Of a stretch of 64,000 nt of DNA, positions 46,140-56,471 are shown one piece after another. Source of the stretch: an uncultured SAR86 cluster bacterium (GTDB lineage: Bacteria; Pseudomonadota; Gammaproteobacteria; Magnimaribacterales; D2472); contig CACDUZ010000003.1 in assembly GCA_902556105.1 (NCBI GenBank), forward strand, positions 49,579 through 113,578. Direction: 5' to 3'. The notes beneath the pieces were generated by a model. That model saw nothing but the letters and a program-made list of their open reading frames with translations. It ran no database searches and was not told where the DNA came from. The position numbers were made by a program, and so were the translations under genes. Each line of letters begins with the position of its first letter. The stretch's first letter is position 1.

Positions 46140-47429
46140 ATGTCAAAACCTTGGAAAATAATTCAAGAATTAGAAACTGATAATAGTCGTCTTTTTAAAG
46201 AAAGTGTTGTCGAAAAAAACCTAAATGATAAAACTTTTCAAGAAGGTTTGGCTATGTGCCTAGACCCGCTAGTTACTTTTGGTGTCAAACAAGTGCCTGA
46301 ATCTGATGCTGATGGTGAAGGGTTAAAGTGGGATCATTTTAGAGCGGCAGCAAAATTATTAATTGAAAGAGAAAAGACTGGCCACGCTGCACGAGATTTA
46401 ATTATTGATTTAGTTAGTTCTTCTAAAAAAGATCAATGGAATGACTGGTATAGAAGAATATTAATTAAAGATCTTCGTTGTGGCGTGAGTGAAAAGACTG
46501 TTAACAATGTAGCAAAAAAAATGAATTTGAAGTACCGTGTTCCAGTTTTTTCTTGCATGTTAGCTCACGATGGAGCAAAGCATCCTAAAAAAATTAAAGG
46601 CGACTGTTTAGTTGAGTACAAGTATGATGGAGTGAGAGTAATAGCAATTGTCATGAAAGGGAAAGCTACTTTGTACAGTAGAAATGGCAAAATATTTAAT
46701 AATTTTCCACATATTGAAAATGCTTTAAGCAAACCAGAATACAATAATATAGTATTTGATGGCGAGGTGATGAGTGATGACTTTCAAGCATTAATGAAAC
46801 AGGTATATAGAAAGTCTGGTGCTCAAACAGACGATGCATATCTTGCCTTGTTCGACATGCTCCCATTAAATGAATTCAATAAAGGCAAAAGCAATTTAAA
46901 TTCTATTGAAAGAAAAAATGAACTCAATAAGATAGCCAAGAATTTTGATGTTAATGTAATTAAATTAGTAGATTATGAAATTGTGAATTTTGATAATGAC
47001 ATAGGACAAGCTAAGTTTGCTGCTATGAATAAAGAAGCTCTTGAAATGGGTTTTGAAGGGTTAATGATAAAGCCAAATGAAAATTATTATGAATCTAAAA
47101 GAAGTCATGCTTGGCTAAAAATTAAACCATTTATAGAAGTTACATTGAAGATAGTAGACATTCAAGAAGGTACAGGTAAACATTCTGGTAAATTAGGTGC
47201 TTTTCAAGTTGAAGGATCTGACGATGGAAAATTCTTTTCTTTAAGTGTTGGAAGTGGCTTAACAGATGAAGATAGAGAAAAGTTTTGGGAATCAAGAGAC
47301 CAGCTTTTAGGGAGGTTGATAGAGGTAAGAGCTGATGCTATTACGCAAAGTATTGAAGGAGAGCATTACAGCCTTAGATTTCCAAGATTTAAAAATTTTA
47401 GGGGCTTTAAAAAAGATGAAAAAATATAA
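46140..47429 (+). CDS. ATP-dependent DNA ligase (T7-like catalytic core with N-terminal extension)
   Basis: Adenylation motif I VEYKYDGVR, motif III VFDGEVM, motif IV FEGLMIKP, motif V WLKIKP, and an OB-fold tail. No NAD-ligase motifs (no KxDG inside a BRCT/zinc-finger architecture). Confidence 0.88.
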   Translation: MSKPWKIIQELETDNSRLFKESVVEKNLNDKTFQEGLAMCLDPLVTFGVKQVPESDADGEGLKWDHFRAAAKLLIEREKTGHAARDLIIDLVSSSKKDQWNDWYRRILIKDLRCGVSEKTVNNVAKKMNLKYRVPVFSCMLAHDGAKHPKKIKGDCLVEYKYDGVRVIAIVMKGKATLYSRNGKIFNNFPHIENALSKPEYNNIVFDGEVMSDDFQALMKQVYRKSGAQTDDAYLALFDMLPLNEFNKGKSNLNSIERKNELNKIAKNFDVNVIKLVDYEIVNFDNDIGQAKFAAMNKEALEMGFEGLMIKPNENYYESKRSHAWLKIKPFIEVTLKIVDIQEGTGKHSGKLGAFQVEGSDDGKFFSLSVGSGLTDEDREKFWESRDQLLGRLIEVRADAITQSIEGEHYSLRFPRFKNFRGFKKDEKI

Positions 47430-48027
47430 ATTTATTTATTATTTATTATTTATATCAGTTTTTGTAATCCAATCTTGCACAACGAGGCCGCCAGAAAATC
47501 CAGATAATATTTGTCTCATATTCAAAGAAAAAAGAAGCTGGTATAAGGCTGTCATGAGAAGTGAAAAAAGATGGAAAGTGCCTCCATATGTTTTAATGTC
47601 ATTTGTATATCAAGAATCAAGCTTCCAGTCTGATGCAAGGCCGGAAAGAGAAAAGCTTCTTGGTTTTATTCCATGGTTTAGACCATCAACAGCTGTAGGT
47701 TATTCACAAGCTTTAGTGAATACTTGGGAAGATTATAAGGATGAAACTGGTAATACAAGAGCGAGTAGAAAAGATTTTGCAGACTCGGCAGATTTTATTG
47801 GATGGTATGCCAGTAAAGGCTATTATCAAGGCTTTGAAAGAACAGATGCTAGGTCGTTATATCTTGCTTATCATGAAGGATATGGTGGATTTAAGAAAAA
47901 AACTTATAGAAAAAAACAATGGCTTATTAAAGTTTCAGATAGGGTGCAGGCAAGATCTACAAAATATCAAAAACAATATTGGGGATGTGCGAAAGAATTG
48001 AAGAAAAAGAGATTTATATTTTTTTAA
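47416..48027 (+). CDS. lipoprotein with lytic-transglycosylase (SLT)-like domain
   Basis: The ATG at 47416 gives lipoprotein signal MKKYKFIYYLLFISVFVIQSC. VYQESSF (catalytic Glu-Ser) and AVGYSQAL resemble SLT domains. The tracked start at 47335 lies inside the ligase gene. Confidence 0.55.
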   Translation: MKKYKFIYYLLFISVFVIQSCTTRPPENPDNICLIFKEKRSWYKAVMRSEKRWKVPPYVLMSFVYQESSFQSDARPEREKLLGFIPWFRPSTAVGYSQALVNTWEDYKDETGNTRASRKDFADSADFIGWYASKGYYQGFERTDARSLYLAYHEGYGGFKKKTYRKKQWLIKVSDRVQARSTKYQKQYWGCAKELKKKRFIFF

Positions 48028-48028
48028 A

Positions 48029-50896
48029 TTATATATTTTTGATCTCAAACTTTAGATTTTTCATCTCTTCAGAATAATTTTCACCAGCGATCACCGCTTT
48101 TTTAGATTCATTAAATAAATATTTTCTTGAAACATTCTCTAAATCTTTTAGAGAACACTCCTTTACCAAAGCTCTAAATCTTAGTCTTTGATCAATACTT
48201 TTTCTATCTAGATTATTAGCAAAATCACTCATTGCCTCACCATATGGAGATAATGGTTTATCTATACTAGAAATAACACCAAGGATGCCTTCATCGAGCT
48301 GATTTTGAGAAATTCCTTTTAAAGACCATTCTCTAGAATTTCTAAATTCATTAAATGTTTCAGTACATTTTGGATCGCGGTATGAAAAGAATTTAAATAC
48401 TTGATTTTTTGAGTCTTGCATTGCTCCAGCACCATAAGCACCACCTTTTTCTCTTATAGCTGAATGTAAGTAACCATTTCTTAAAACAGCTCCTAAAACA
48501 CTTAGAGCAGGAGCGTCTTCATGAAATGCATCGACAGTTGGAAATGCTTCAGCACAATAAGATACCTGTGCGCCAGTGATCCAGCCTATAGAGGCTTCTT
48601 GAATATCAAAATAACTTTGAGGCATCTGTGAAGTATTTTCTGAATTAAAATCAAAATTAAGTTGAGTTTGATCCATATCTAAAGAAGATGAGGTGAAGGT
48701 AAAAATAGGCTGAGAAACAATCTTGGATTTAATATTTTTAAGCAACTCAAGATATTTGTTTAAAGATAAATCATTATTAATTTCTCGAGCGAGTGCCCCA
48801 GTATTAGTTATAAAGTTAATACCTGAAGCAATATCATTTGTTGATGAAATATTATTTATTTGAGCAGCAGCATTACTCATTGCAAGAACGTGGCCGTTTT
48901 GAATAACAGACTTATCGTTATCCGATGCAATAAAAGTCAACATATCTTTAATTCTATTTTTATCTGTAAATTTTGCATTACCAACCATCTCAATCATTAA
49001 ATCCTGCATTTTATTTTCATTCTTCTCTAAGGACTTGGATGTAACTTTAATAGCCAAAGAATGCTCAGTCCTATTTTCATTTGGTAAAAGTATGAAATTT
49101 GCAGATATACCTCCAGTTACTGCTGATTGTATTTTTTGAACCTCTTCATAATTTTTATTTCCAATGCCAACATCAGTCAAAGTACTTGAATATAAAGAAG
49201 CAATGTTAAATTCCTCTTTTGTAAGCGGCTGGCATGGAAAAATTATGGAATGATATGTAATTCCATTTGTACCAGCTTTATAAAAATAATTTTCTGTATT
49301 GTTATGGCTTGTTTTTAAATGTCTTGCGTAGGCTCTTGATTCTGGAATATCATCTTTTGTCACTTTTGGAAGAACCTCAGGATCATCAATATGCTCTTGT
49401 CTTTCTTTAAGATTAACTGTCAGATCAACTATTCTTTGTTTATCCTTGTCTGTTAAAGTTTTTGATTTCTGAGTAACCTTATCTTGTATTATTTTATCTT
49501 TTTCATTATTAAAATTTACATCAGGAACTAGGGAATAATTTATTCGATGATTATTATCAATAATTTTTTCTTTTATAAGGTTTTCAATATAATTTTTATT
49601 TTTTAGATTCTTTTTGATTACATCAAATGATGAATCTAAATCCAAGACTTTTAGAGGATCATCATTGTGCAAGCATGCAGGAAGACAACCTAGCATGATT
49701 TGAAGACCATATGGCATTCCAGAACCAGTTATTTCCCTTTGTCTTATTTCTAGTTGATGAAGAGATGAGCTTATAAGATCCTCAGAAATACCATTTTTAA
49801 CTACATCTTTAAGACAATTCATTATTAAATCTTCAACTTGCTGTTGATTATTTGAATCAACTCCCTCCAAACCTGCAGCAAATACAAGTTCTTTATGATC
49901 TGCTTCAAGACCAGTCAACGGAGACAAAGATTTACCAAGATCTGTGTTCTCTAAAACTTTACGTAATGGCGAAGCTGAATTATCTAAAAGTATATTAGCC
50001 ATCAAATATGACTCTAATAGTTCAACAGGATCATGACTTTCACCTAGCAGCCAACCTAGGACAACGTGATGATTATTTTCATCTTCAGGCATAGGATTAT
50101 AGAATTCAGAAACAGTTTTTGGGGCATCAATCCTATTCTCATTCTTAACATTGATATCATTTTTTTCAGGTTTAAAACTTTTAAGTACATTTTCGTTTAT
50201 ATAACTTTGAATTTCTAATGGATCAATATCTCCAAATGTAAAGAATGTCGCATTTGAGGGATGATAGTGTTTCTTATGAAAATTTACTAAGTACTCATGG
50301 GTGAGGTCAATTATATTCTCAGGATTGCCTCCACTGTTATGTTTATATGTTGAAGAGGGATATAGATGTTTAGACATGCCATGCCACAATTGACTTGAAA
50401 TTGAGCTCATTGCACCTTTCATTTCATTAAATACCACCCCTTTAATTTCTAGCTTGCTATTAACATCATTTTCTTCAGAAAATTCGAGTCGATGACCTTC
50501 TTGAAGAAAATCTAACTCATCTAAATTAGGAAAAAATGATGAATCAAGATAAACACTTAATAAATTATTAAAATCTTTATCATTTTGTGTAGCAAATGGG
50601 TATGCAGTCCAATCACTAGAAGTAAAAGCATTCATAAAAGTATTCAAAGATCTTCTAATCATCATAAAAAATGGATCTCTAACAGGATATTTCTTTGATC
50701 CACATAAGGCCGTATGTTCTAGAATATGCGCAACTCCAGTTGAGTCTTCTGGAATGGTTCTAAATGCAACCATAAAAACCTTTTCATCACTTTTAGAATC
50801 TAAGTGAATATGTTTGCAATTAAACTCAGATTCAGTATATATTTGTGCATTGAGGTTTAATAAATTTATAAACTTTTGATCTTCAAGATTAAACAT
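48029..50896 (-). CDS. M16-family zinc peptidase (PreP/M16C-like, 955 aa)
   Basis: Inverted zincin motif HILEHTALCGS near the N-terminus. The length and repeated-domain layout are typical of presequence-protease-like enzymes. Confidence 0.88.
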   Translation of the reverse strand: MFNLEDQKFINLLNLNAQIYTESEFNCKHIHLDSKSDEKVFMVAFRTIPEDSTGVAHILEHTALCGSKKYPVRDPFFMMIRRSLNTFMNAFTSSDWTAYPFATQNDKDFNNLLSVYLDSSFFPNLDELDFLQEGHRLEFSEENDVNSKLEIKGVVFNEMKGAMSSISSQLWHGMSKHLYPSSTYKHNSGGNPENIIDLTHEYLVNFHKKHYHPSNATFFTFGDIDPLEIQSYINENVLKSFKPEKNDINVKNENRIDAPKTVSEFYNPMPEDENNHHVVLGWLLGESHDPVELLESYLMANILLDNSASPLRKVLENTDLGKSLSPLTGLEADHKELVFAAGLEGVDSNNQQQVEDLIMNCLKDVVKNGISEDLISSSLHQLEIRQREITGSGMPYGLQIMLGCLPACLHNDDPLKVLDLDSSFDVIKKNLKNKNYIENLIKEKIIDNNHRINYSLVPDVNFNNEKDKIIQDKVTQKSKTLTDKDKQRIVDLTVNLKERQEHIDDPEVLPKVTKDDIPESRAYARHLKTSHNNTENYFYKAGTNGITYHSIIFPCQPLTKEEFNIASLYSSTLTDVGIGNKNYEEVQKIQSAVTGGISANFILLPNENRTEHSLAIKVTSKSLEKNENKMQDLMIEMVGNAKFTDKNRIKDMLTFIASDNDKSVIQNGHVLAMSNAAAQINNISSTNDIASGINFITNTGALAREINNDLSLNKYLELLKNIKSKIVSQPIFTFTSSSLDMDQTQLNFDFNSENTSQMPQSYFDIQEASIGWITGAQVSYCAEAFPTVDAFHEDAPALSVLGAVLRNGYLHSAIREKGGAYGAGAMQDSKNQVFKFFSYRDPKCTETFNEFRNSREWSLKGISQNQLDEGILGVISSIDKPLSPYGEAMSDFANNLDRKSIDQRLRFRALVKECSLKDLENVSRKYLFNESKKAVIAGENYSEEMKNLKFEIKNI

Positions 50897-50916
50897 AAAA
50901 CAATAATAAATAATTT

Positions 50917-51429
50917 ATGAAAAAAATAACAACACTTTTTGTTCTGATATTTTTAGTAGGCTGTTCAACCACTCAGTCAAATTTGAAAATAGACTCGGTT
51001 GACACATTTAACCTTAGTAATTATAACAACTTTAATATAAAGATAAATAACTCCAATATAGGCGCTGAGGTAAATCCTATTGTGCTCGAAAGATTTAAAG
51101 AAAATTTAAAAAAAGCTATTGAAGAAAGAGGCCTTACTTTTAGTGAAGATTCAAATATTATCTTTGATATTAATTTTTCGACCAAAGAGACTGTTGAGTC
51201 TGACAGAATGAATCATTACTATTCTAGGTACTATTGGGATTTCTATAGATATCGTGACGACGTCTATAACGTAACTCGAAACTTCCTCAGAGTTAACTTA
51301 AGGGACATTGATGATGATAAAACTCTTTGGACGGTTGTAACTGTTTGGAGAGATGGATCTAACAGGTCAATTTCATATGATGATGCATCAAATATGCTTG
51401 TTGATGAAATAATGTTAAGTTTTTTATAA
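50917..51429 (+). CDS. small lipoprotein (DUF4136-like)
   Basis: Lipobox LVGCSTT. 170 aa. Confidence 0.5.
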   Translation: MKKITTLFVLIFLVGCSTTQSNLKIDSVDTFNLSNYNNFNIKINNSNIGAEVNPIVLERFKENLKKAIEERGLTFSEDSNIIFDINFSTKETVESDRMNHYYSRYYWDFYRYRDDVYNVTRNFLRVNLRDIDDDKTLWTVVTVWRDGSNRSISYDDASNMLVDEIMLSFL

Positions 51430-51443
51430 AGCAATAAGTAATC

Positions 51444-53162
51444 TTGCATAAATATTTAATACTTTCTTTTTTATTAATATTTGTATTCGCATGTTCGGAC
51501 TCGAAGCAAACAATTATAGATATCCCAATTACCTCTGATGTTGAAGATCTTATAGAGCATTCAAAAGAATTTGATCAGCAAGTCTTAACTTTTGATACTC
51601 CTGGAGGAAAAGTTCACTTTGCAATTGGATTTGGTATTGCCAATTCTATTATGGTTGAAGGAGATGAAGGCAATATTATTATTGACACATCTGACAGCGT
51701 TTTTGAGGCTGAAAAAATATATACACTGTTTCGCAAAAAAAATTCAAACCCCATAAAAGCAATTATCTACACTCACAATCATGGAGATCATACATTCGGA
51801 GCCTCTTATTATGTAAATCTTCAAAATGAAAAACCCCAAATTATTGCTCATGAGGATACTGATTATTATGTACAAAGAATTATGGGCATACTAAATCCAA
51901 TAATCACCTCAAGAAGTACAAAAATGTTTGGTACAGCACTTCCAGAAAAAGATTTAATTAATGTTGGTATTGGTCCCAGTCTCAGCGTCTCTAAATCTCC
52001 AACAGGCTATATAAAACCAAACTTAACTTTTAAAGATAATTTAAATTTAAATATTGCAGGTATTGAAATAGAGTTATTTCATGCGCCTGGTGAAACAAAT
52101 GATCAAATTTTTGTATGGCTTCCAGAGCATAAATCACTTATGCCTGGCGATAATATTTATAAAACCTTTCCTAATCTTTATACTATAAGAGGAACTACAC
52201 ATAGGGATGTAAAAGGGTGGATAGACAGCATTGATCATATGAAGTCATTTAGCCCTTCCTTTCTTTTTCCAAGCCATACAAAGCCAATAATAGGAGTTGA
52301 TAAAATCCAATCAGCCTTGAATACTTACAGGGACGCTATTCAATTTATTCATGATCAGACCATTAGGCTTATGAATCAAGGCTTATATCCTGATGAGATA
52401 GTTGAAATGATTTCGCTACCTAAACATATAGCAGATTCACCTTACTTATATGAGTTTTATGGAACTGTGAGATGGTCAGTAAAAAGCATTTTTAATGGTT
52501 ATCTTGGATGGTTTAGTGGTAATCCATCTGAATTAGATCCGCTTTCAAGAAAAGAAAAGGCGATAAGAATATCAAGACTTGCCGGAGGTAACGATAAATT
52601 ATTAGATCAGCTTAAGGTTGCTGTTGAAAATAATGATATGCAATGGGCCTTAGAGCTTAGCGATCATCTTATAGCTCTAGATTATTTTATTGATGAGGTT
52701 AAAGATTTAAGAATTGATGCATTAATATATGAAGGTTCTCGTTCCTCAAATCCTAATAAAAGAAATTATTTCTTAAGTTCCGCTCTTGAATTAAACGGGA
52801 GCATTTTAGATACACCTCTAACTGACAGAACCTCAGAAGAATTATTGCAAAACATTTCTATCGACACCTTATTTGATGTTCTATCTTCTAGATATAATCC
52901 TATTAATCACACAGACGATAATTTTAAAGTCTGCTTTAATTTTTCTTCTTCAAAATCAAAAAGCATTACTTTAAGAAATCAAGTTGCAGTGGTAAGCGAT
53001 GATATAGTTCAAAACTGCAATATAAAAATCCTTACAGAAGAGCTCGAGTTCAAAAAAATATTAGTTGGAATCTCTAACCCAGTATCTTTAATTGCTTCAG
53101 GAAGTATGGGTGTTGATGGAAGCACAACAGAATTTTTACAATTCCTGGCTAAATTCAGATAA
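51444..53162 (+). CDS. alkyl/aryl-sulfatase-like MBL-fold lipoprotein (SdsA1/BDS1 type)
   Basis: TTG start with lipobox VFAC. MBL motif YTHNHGDHTFG, a dimerisation region and a C-terminal SCP2-like tail. Confidence 0.78.
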   Translation: MHKYLILSFLLIFVFACSDSKQTIIDIPITSDVEDLIEHSKEFDQQVLTFDTPGGKVHFAIGFGIANSIMVEGDEGNIIIDTSDSVFEAEKIYTLFRKKNSNPIKAIIYTHNHGDHTFGASYYVNLQNEKPQIIAHEDTDYYVQRIMGILNPIITSRSTKMFGTALPEKDLINVGIGPSLSVSKSPTGYIKPNLTFKDNLNLNIAGIEIELFHAPGETNDQIFVWLPEHKSLMPGDNIYKTFPNLYTIRGTTHRDVKGWIDSIDHMKSFSPSFLFPSHTKPIIGVDKIQSALNTYRDAIQFIHDQTIRLMNQGLYPDEIVEMISLPKHIADSPYLYEFYGTVRWSVKSIFNGYLGWFSGNPSELDPLSRKEKAIRISRLAGGNDKLLDQLKVAVENNDMQWALELSDHLIALDYFIDEVKDLRIDALIYEGSRSSNPNKRNYFLSSALELNGSILDTPLTDRTSEELLQNISIDTLFDVLSSRYNPINHTDDNFKVCFNFSSSKSKSITLRNQVAVVSDDIVQNCNIKILTEELEFKKILVGISNPVSLIASGSMGVDGSTTEFLQFLAKFR

Positions 53163-53165
53163 ATA

Positions 53166-54383
53166 TTAATTCCCCGAGGGAATATCCTTAAATGCCACAC
53201 CTTTATCAGCTCTAGGATCTTGAGGTAGGCCTAAAACTCTTTCAGCAATTATATTGCGAAGAATTTCATCAGTCCCCCCAGCAATTCTTAGTCCGGGCGC
53301 ACCCAGCCAAGCATTATGGAAGCTTTTAATATCCTGATCATCTGTTTTCAGCATTCCAGCCATATCTAATGAATCAATTCCAAAGTTTCCTATATCTTGT
53401 AATTTCCCAGCACTAACAATTTTAGTAATAGACGCCTCAGGTCCAGGAGTGCCTCCTTTCGAGAGAGCAGACATAGTTCTTAGTTTTGTGTTCTTTAATC
53501 CACTTTTTTCACAATACCAATCAGCAATCGATTCTCTTGCAGCTTTATTATTTAGGAGTGGCTCACCTTGATCATCTTGAGTCTTTGCCCATCTAAAAGC
53601 GTCTTCAACATCTGCACCACTAGCATCGCCTACAGCAAGTCTTTCATTCATAAGAGTTGTTATTGCAACTTTCCATCCATCGCCAATCTCACCAAGTCTT
53701 TGAGAGTCTGGAATCTCAACATCAGTAAAATAAACTTCATTGAAGCTAGAGCCACCAGTTATTTGCTTAATAGGTTTCACTTCAATGCCTGGAGACTTCA
53801 TGTCTACAAAGAAAAAAGTCATTCCTTTATGTTTTTCAAGATCTGGATCATGTCTTACTACCAAAATTCCATAGTCTGAGAAGTGAGCACCAGATGTCCA
53901 TACCTTTTGCCCATTTATAATCCATTTATCACCATCTTTGACTGCTTTACTTCTTAGACCAGCAACATCTGAACCTGCTGATGGTTCTGAGAATAATTGA
54001 CACCATATTTCTTTTCCTTCAGCCATTGGAGGTAGATACCTTTCTTTCTGTTCTTGCGATGCGTATTCCATCATTACTGGCCCACACATACCAAGACCAA
54101 TTTCAAAGATACCTTTTGGTACATCAAACTTAGACTCTTCATTGCCCCAAATAATTCTTTCCATAGAGCTTGCATCAATACCGCCATATTCTTTGGGCCA
54201 GTGAAGCATTGCCCAGCCAGCATCATATTTTTTCTTTTGCCAAGCTTTCGCCTCTTTTAAACGATCTTTACTAGCAAAATCGTCAGACTTAGAGGTGCCA
54301 TCAACATACTCAGCATTTTTTTCTAGCCAATCTCTGCATTTTTTTCTAAATTGAGCTTGTTCGGGTGTATCTTTAAAATCCAT
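53166..54383 (-). CDS. acyl-CoA dehydrogenase
   Basis: ACAD patterns: CQLFSEPSAGSD, ING.K.W.SG, and the C-terminal IAGGTDEILRNIIAERVLGLP. Confidence 0.9.
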   Translation of the reverse strand: MDFKDTPEQAQFRKKCRDWLEKNAEYVDGTSKSDDFASKDRLKEAKAWQKKKYDAGWAMLHWPKEYGGIDASSMERIIWGNEESKFDVPKGIFEIGLGMCGPVMMEYASQEQKERYLPPMAEGKEIWCQLFSEPSAGSDVAGLRSKAVKDGDKWIINGQKVWTSGAHFSDYGILVVRHDPDLEKHKGMTFFFVDMKSPGIEVKPIKQITGGSSFNEVYFTDVEIPDSQRLGEIGDGWKVAITTLMNERLAVGDASGADVEDAFRWAKTQDDQGEPLLNNKAARESIADWYCEKSGLKNTKLRTMSALSKGGTPGPEASITKIVSAGKLQDIGNFGIDSLDMAGMLKTDDQDIKSFHNAWLGAPGLRIAGGTDEILRNIIAERVLGLPQDPRADKGVAFKDIPSGN

Positions 54384-54394
54384 ATTTATTTTTC

Positions 54395-55507
54395 CTAATT
54401 AATGTTTGATTGTTCTAAGCTTGTAACTAATTTTTCTCTCCAATTGCTAAGCGACCCAATATTTAGTGACAATAATTTTGATCTTTTATAAAACATGTGA
54501 CAATCATATTCCCATGTAAAACCATTCCCCCCGTGAGTCTGAATATTTTCTTTTGAACATAATTGATAAGCTTTTGTAGAACTAACTCTTGCCGTAGCAG
54601 AAGCAGAAGGTAAATCTGCTGAATTTGTAGAAAGAGCCCATGCTGCATAATAACAATTAGACTTTGCCAAAGTGAGAGCAATATACATGTCTGCTAACTT
54701 GTGTTTAATTGCTTGATAAGAACCAATAGGTCTTCCAAAAGCGTATCTTTCTTTTGCATAATTTATTGCCATATCAAGTGTAGCTTGTGAGCCACCAATT
54801 TGCTCATAACTAAAAAGAACAGCAGCTTGATTAATAATAGATTCATACATTTCCCAACCAGAACTCTCATCTCCAATGGCATTGCTCTTTACGTTATTAA
54901 AGGTGATAGAAAAATGACCTCTACTTTCATCAATATTTTCTTGATGCTCAATTGAAACTCCCTCTGATGAAAGATCAACAACTTGAAGGCTTACTCCATT
55001 ATTGGACTTTGCTACCACTATGGCATGAGTTGCCACTTCAGCATCTGGAACAGCTATTTTTTTTCCATTGAGAACTCCATCATTACAAGATAATTTAATA
55101 TTATGTTCTGTTGGTGCATACAAACCTTCTGTTATAGCCATAGTTCCAACAATTTCTCCATTTACAAGCTTTGGTAACAAGGATTTTTTTATCTCATCAT
55201 TACCATAATTAACAATAGCTTCTGTAAATAAATATACTGAGGATGAAAAGGGCACAGGTGCTAAAAATCTTCCAAGTTCTTCTGCAATAACACAAAGTTC
55301 AAGATGACCAAGTCCGAGACCGTCAAATTCTTCTGGGATTCTTATACCAGTCCAACCAAGATCAACAATTTTATTCCATAGCTCTTCATCAATATTTTTA
55401 TCTGTTTCTAAAACTGATCTGCTTCTAGATAAAGCACCTTCTTTGTCGAGGAATTTTCTTGCCTCTTCTTGAAGAAACTTTTGATCATCTGAAAAATCTA
55501 AATTCAT
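54395..55507 (-). CDS. acyl-CoA dehydrogenase family protein
   Basis: ACAD fold (YAKERYAFGRPIGSYQAIKHKLADM, IQTHGGNGFTWEYD). Tandem with the previous ACAD. Confidence 0.88.
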   Translation of the reverse strand: MNLDFSDDQKFLQEEARKFLDKEGALSRSRSVLETDKNIDEELWNKIVDLGWTGIRIPEEFDGLGLGHLELCVIAEELGRFLAPVPFSSSVYLFTEAIVNYGNDEIKKSLLPKLVNGEIVGTMAITEGLYAPTEHNIKLSCNDGVLNGKKIAVPDAEVATHAIVVAKSNNGVSLQVVDLSSEGVSIEHQENIDESRGHFSITFNNVKSNAIGDESSGWEMYESIINQAAVLFSYEQIGGSQATLDMAINYAKERYAFGRPIGSYQAIKHKLADMYIALTLAKSNCYYAAWALSTNSADLPSASATARVSSTKAYQLCSKENIQTHGGNGFTWEYDCHMFYKRSKLLSLNIGSLSNWREKLVTSLEQSNIN

Positions 55508-55575
55508 TATTACGTTTTATGTTAATGTAAAATAGATTTTATTATATGCTAAATAGTGTTTAATTTTAATTACCA

Positions 55576-56211
55576 ATGAATAGTAAGCTAAAGAAAGAAG
55601 ATAAATTACCGTCATACCTTCGTAGATCATCAAAAGGCGGACTTCTTGTAGGATTTATATACGTAATAGCTTTTATGAGTATTTTATTTTTAGCTATATG
55701 GCAAACATTTGAATCGGAAAAAAATAAAAGCGATATGCAACTTGTTGATGATCGACTCTCTTTAATAGAAGAACAAATCAATATTGTTGATGAAACCAAT
55801 AATGATTCGATGACAGATATTACATCTTCAATACAATTCCTTGATAAAGAAGTTAGAAAATTATGGGATTTAAGCAATAAAAGGAATAAAGTTAATATTC
55901 AGAACCTTAGTAATAAAACTGAAGAAATTCAGGAGCTATTAAATACGATCAAGATTGACATAAAAGAAAATCAAACAAATCTTTCATCTTTACAAGATGA
56001 TATTGCCATTAATATATCTAAAATTGATGAATTGGGTTTATCTTCAGATGATCTTGAGGAACTTAGACAAAAACTAAATAATATCAATACACAATTAATT
56101 CTGCTTGATGACTCTGTACAAGCCTTGAATAATTATAAAAATCAATTAAATCAGGCGATTTTAGAAATCCAGACGCAAGTCTCTTCTATTCAAAGCCAAA
56201 CTGATGAATAA
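55576..56211 (+). CDS. membrane-anchored coiled-coil protein (hypothetical)
   Basis: One TM helix, then heptad-rich Asn/Gln/Leu/Ile sequence. Confidence 0.45.
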   Translation: MNSKLKKEDKLPSYLRRSSKGGLLVGFIYVIAFMSILFLAIWQTFESEKNKSDMQLVDDRLSLIEEQINIVDETNNDSMTDITSSIQFLDKEVRKLWDLSNKRNKVNIQNLSNKTEEIQELLNTIKIDIKENQTNLSSLQDDIAINISKIDELGLSSDDLEELRQKLNNINTQLILLDDSVQALNNYKNQLNQAILEIQTQVSSIQSQTDE

Positions 56212-56258
56212 TTTTTTAGAAAATTGACAATTTTGTAAAATAGTAGTTTTATAAAGGC

Positions 56259-56471
56259 ATGAATAGGTTTGTGTTACAGGTTTTTTTATTTTTAGCGTTC
56301 ATACCTTTAGCAATACTAGTAGGGTATGGGGTATTGGTGGTAGCGCCAATTTTTTGCTGTTTTCTTGCAATAAACTCTTATAAATTTAACAATTACAAAG
56401 AAATGTACATTTGGATGGCGTTTGGTTGCCTATCATTTTTACTTGCTTTGTTTATGCTTGGAGTTTTATGA
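56259..56471 (+). CDS. small hydrophobic protein (hypothetical)
   Basis: 70 aa with two predicted TM helices. Its stop overlaps the next start (ATGA). Confidence 0.35.
   Translation: MNRFVLQVFLFLAFIPLAILVGYGVLVVAPIFCCFLAINSYKFNNYKEMYIWMAFGCLSFLLALFMLGVL

Noticed and set aside
47335-47415. Upstream extension of the SLT-like lipoprotein ORF, overlapping the ligase gene by 95 nt.
   Set aside because: The ATG at 47416 produces a clean lipoprotein signal peptide (…VIQSC). The extension has no signal-peptide logic and lies within the ligase coding sequence.
55566-55877. 103-aa minus-strand ORF overlapping the start of the coiled-coil gene.
   Set aside because: It is antisense to a longer ORF with a better start context. 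Its Ser/Ile/Leu-rich translation looks like a shadow frame.
56411-56467. Upstream extension of the 150-aa membrane ORF, overlapping the preceding 70-aa gene.
   Set aside because: The ATG at 56468 forms the common ATGA stop/start overlap and gives a sensible N-terminus. The extension duplicates the coding space of the upstream gene.
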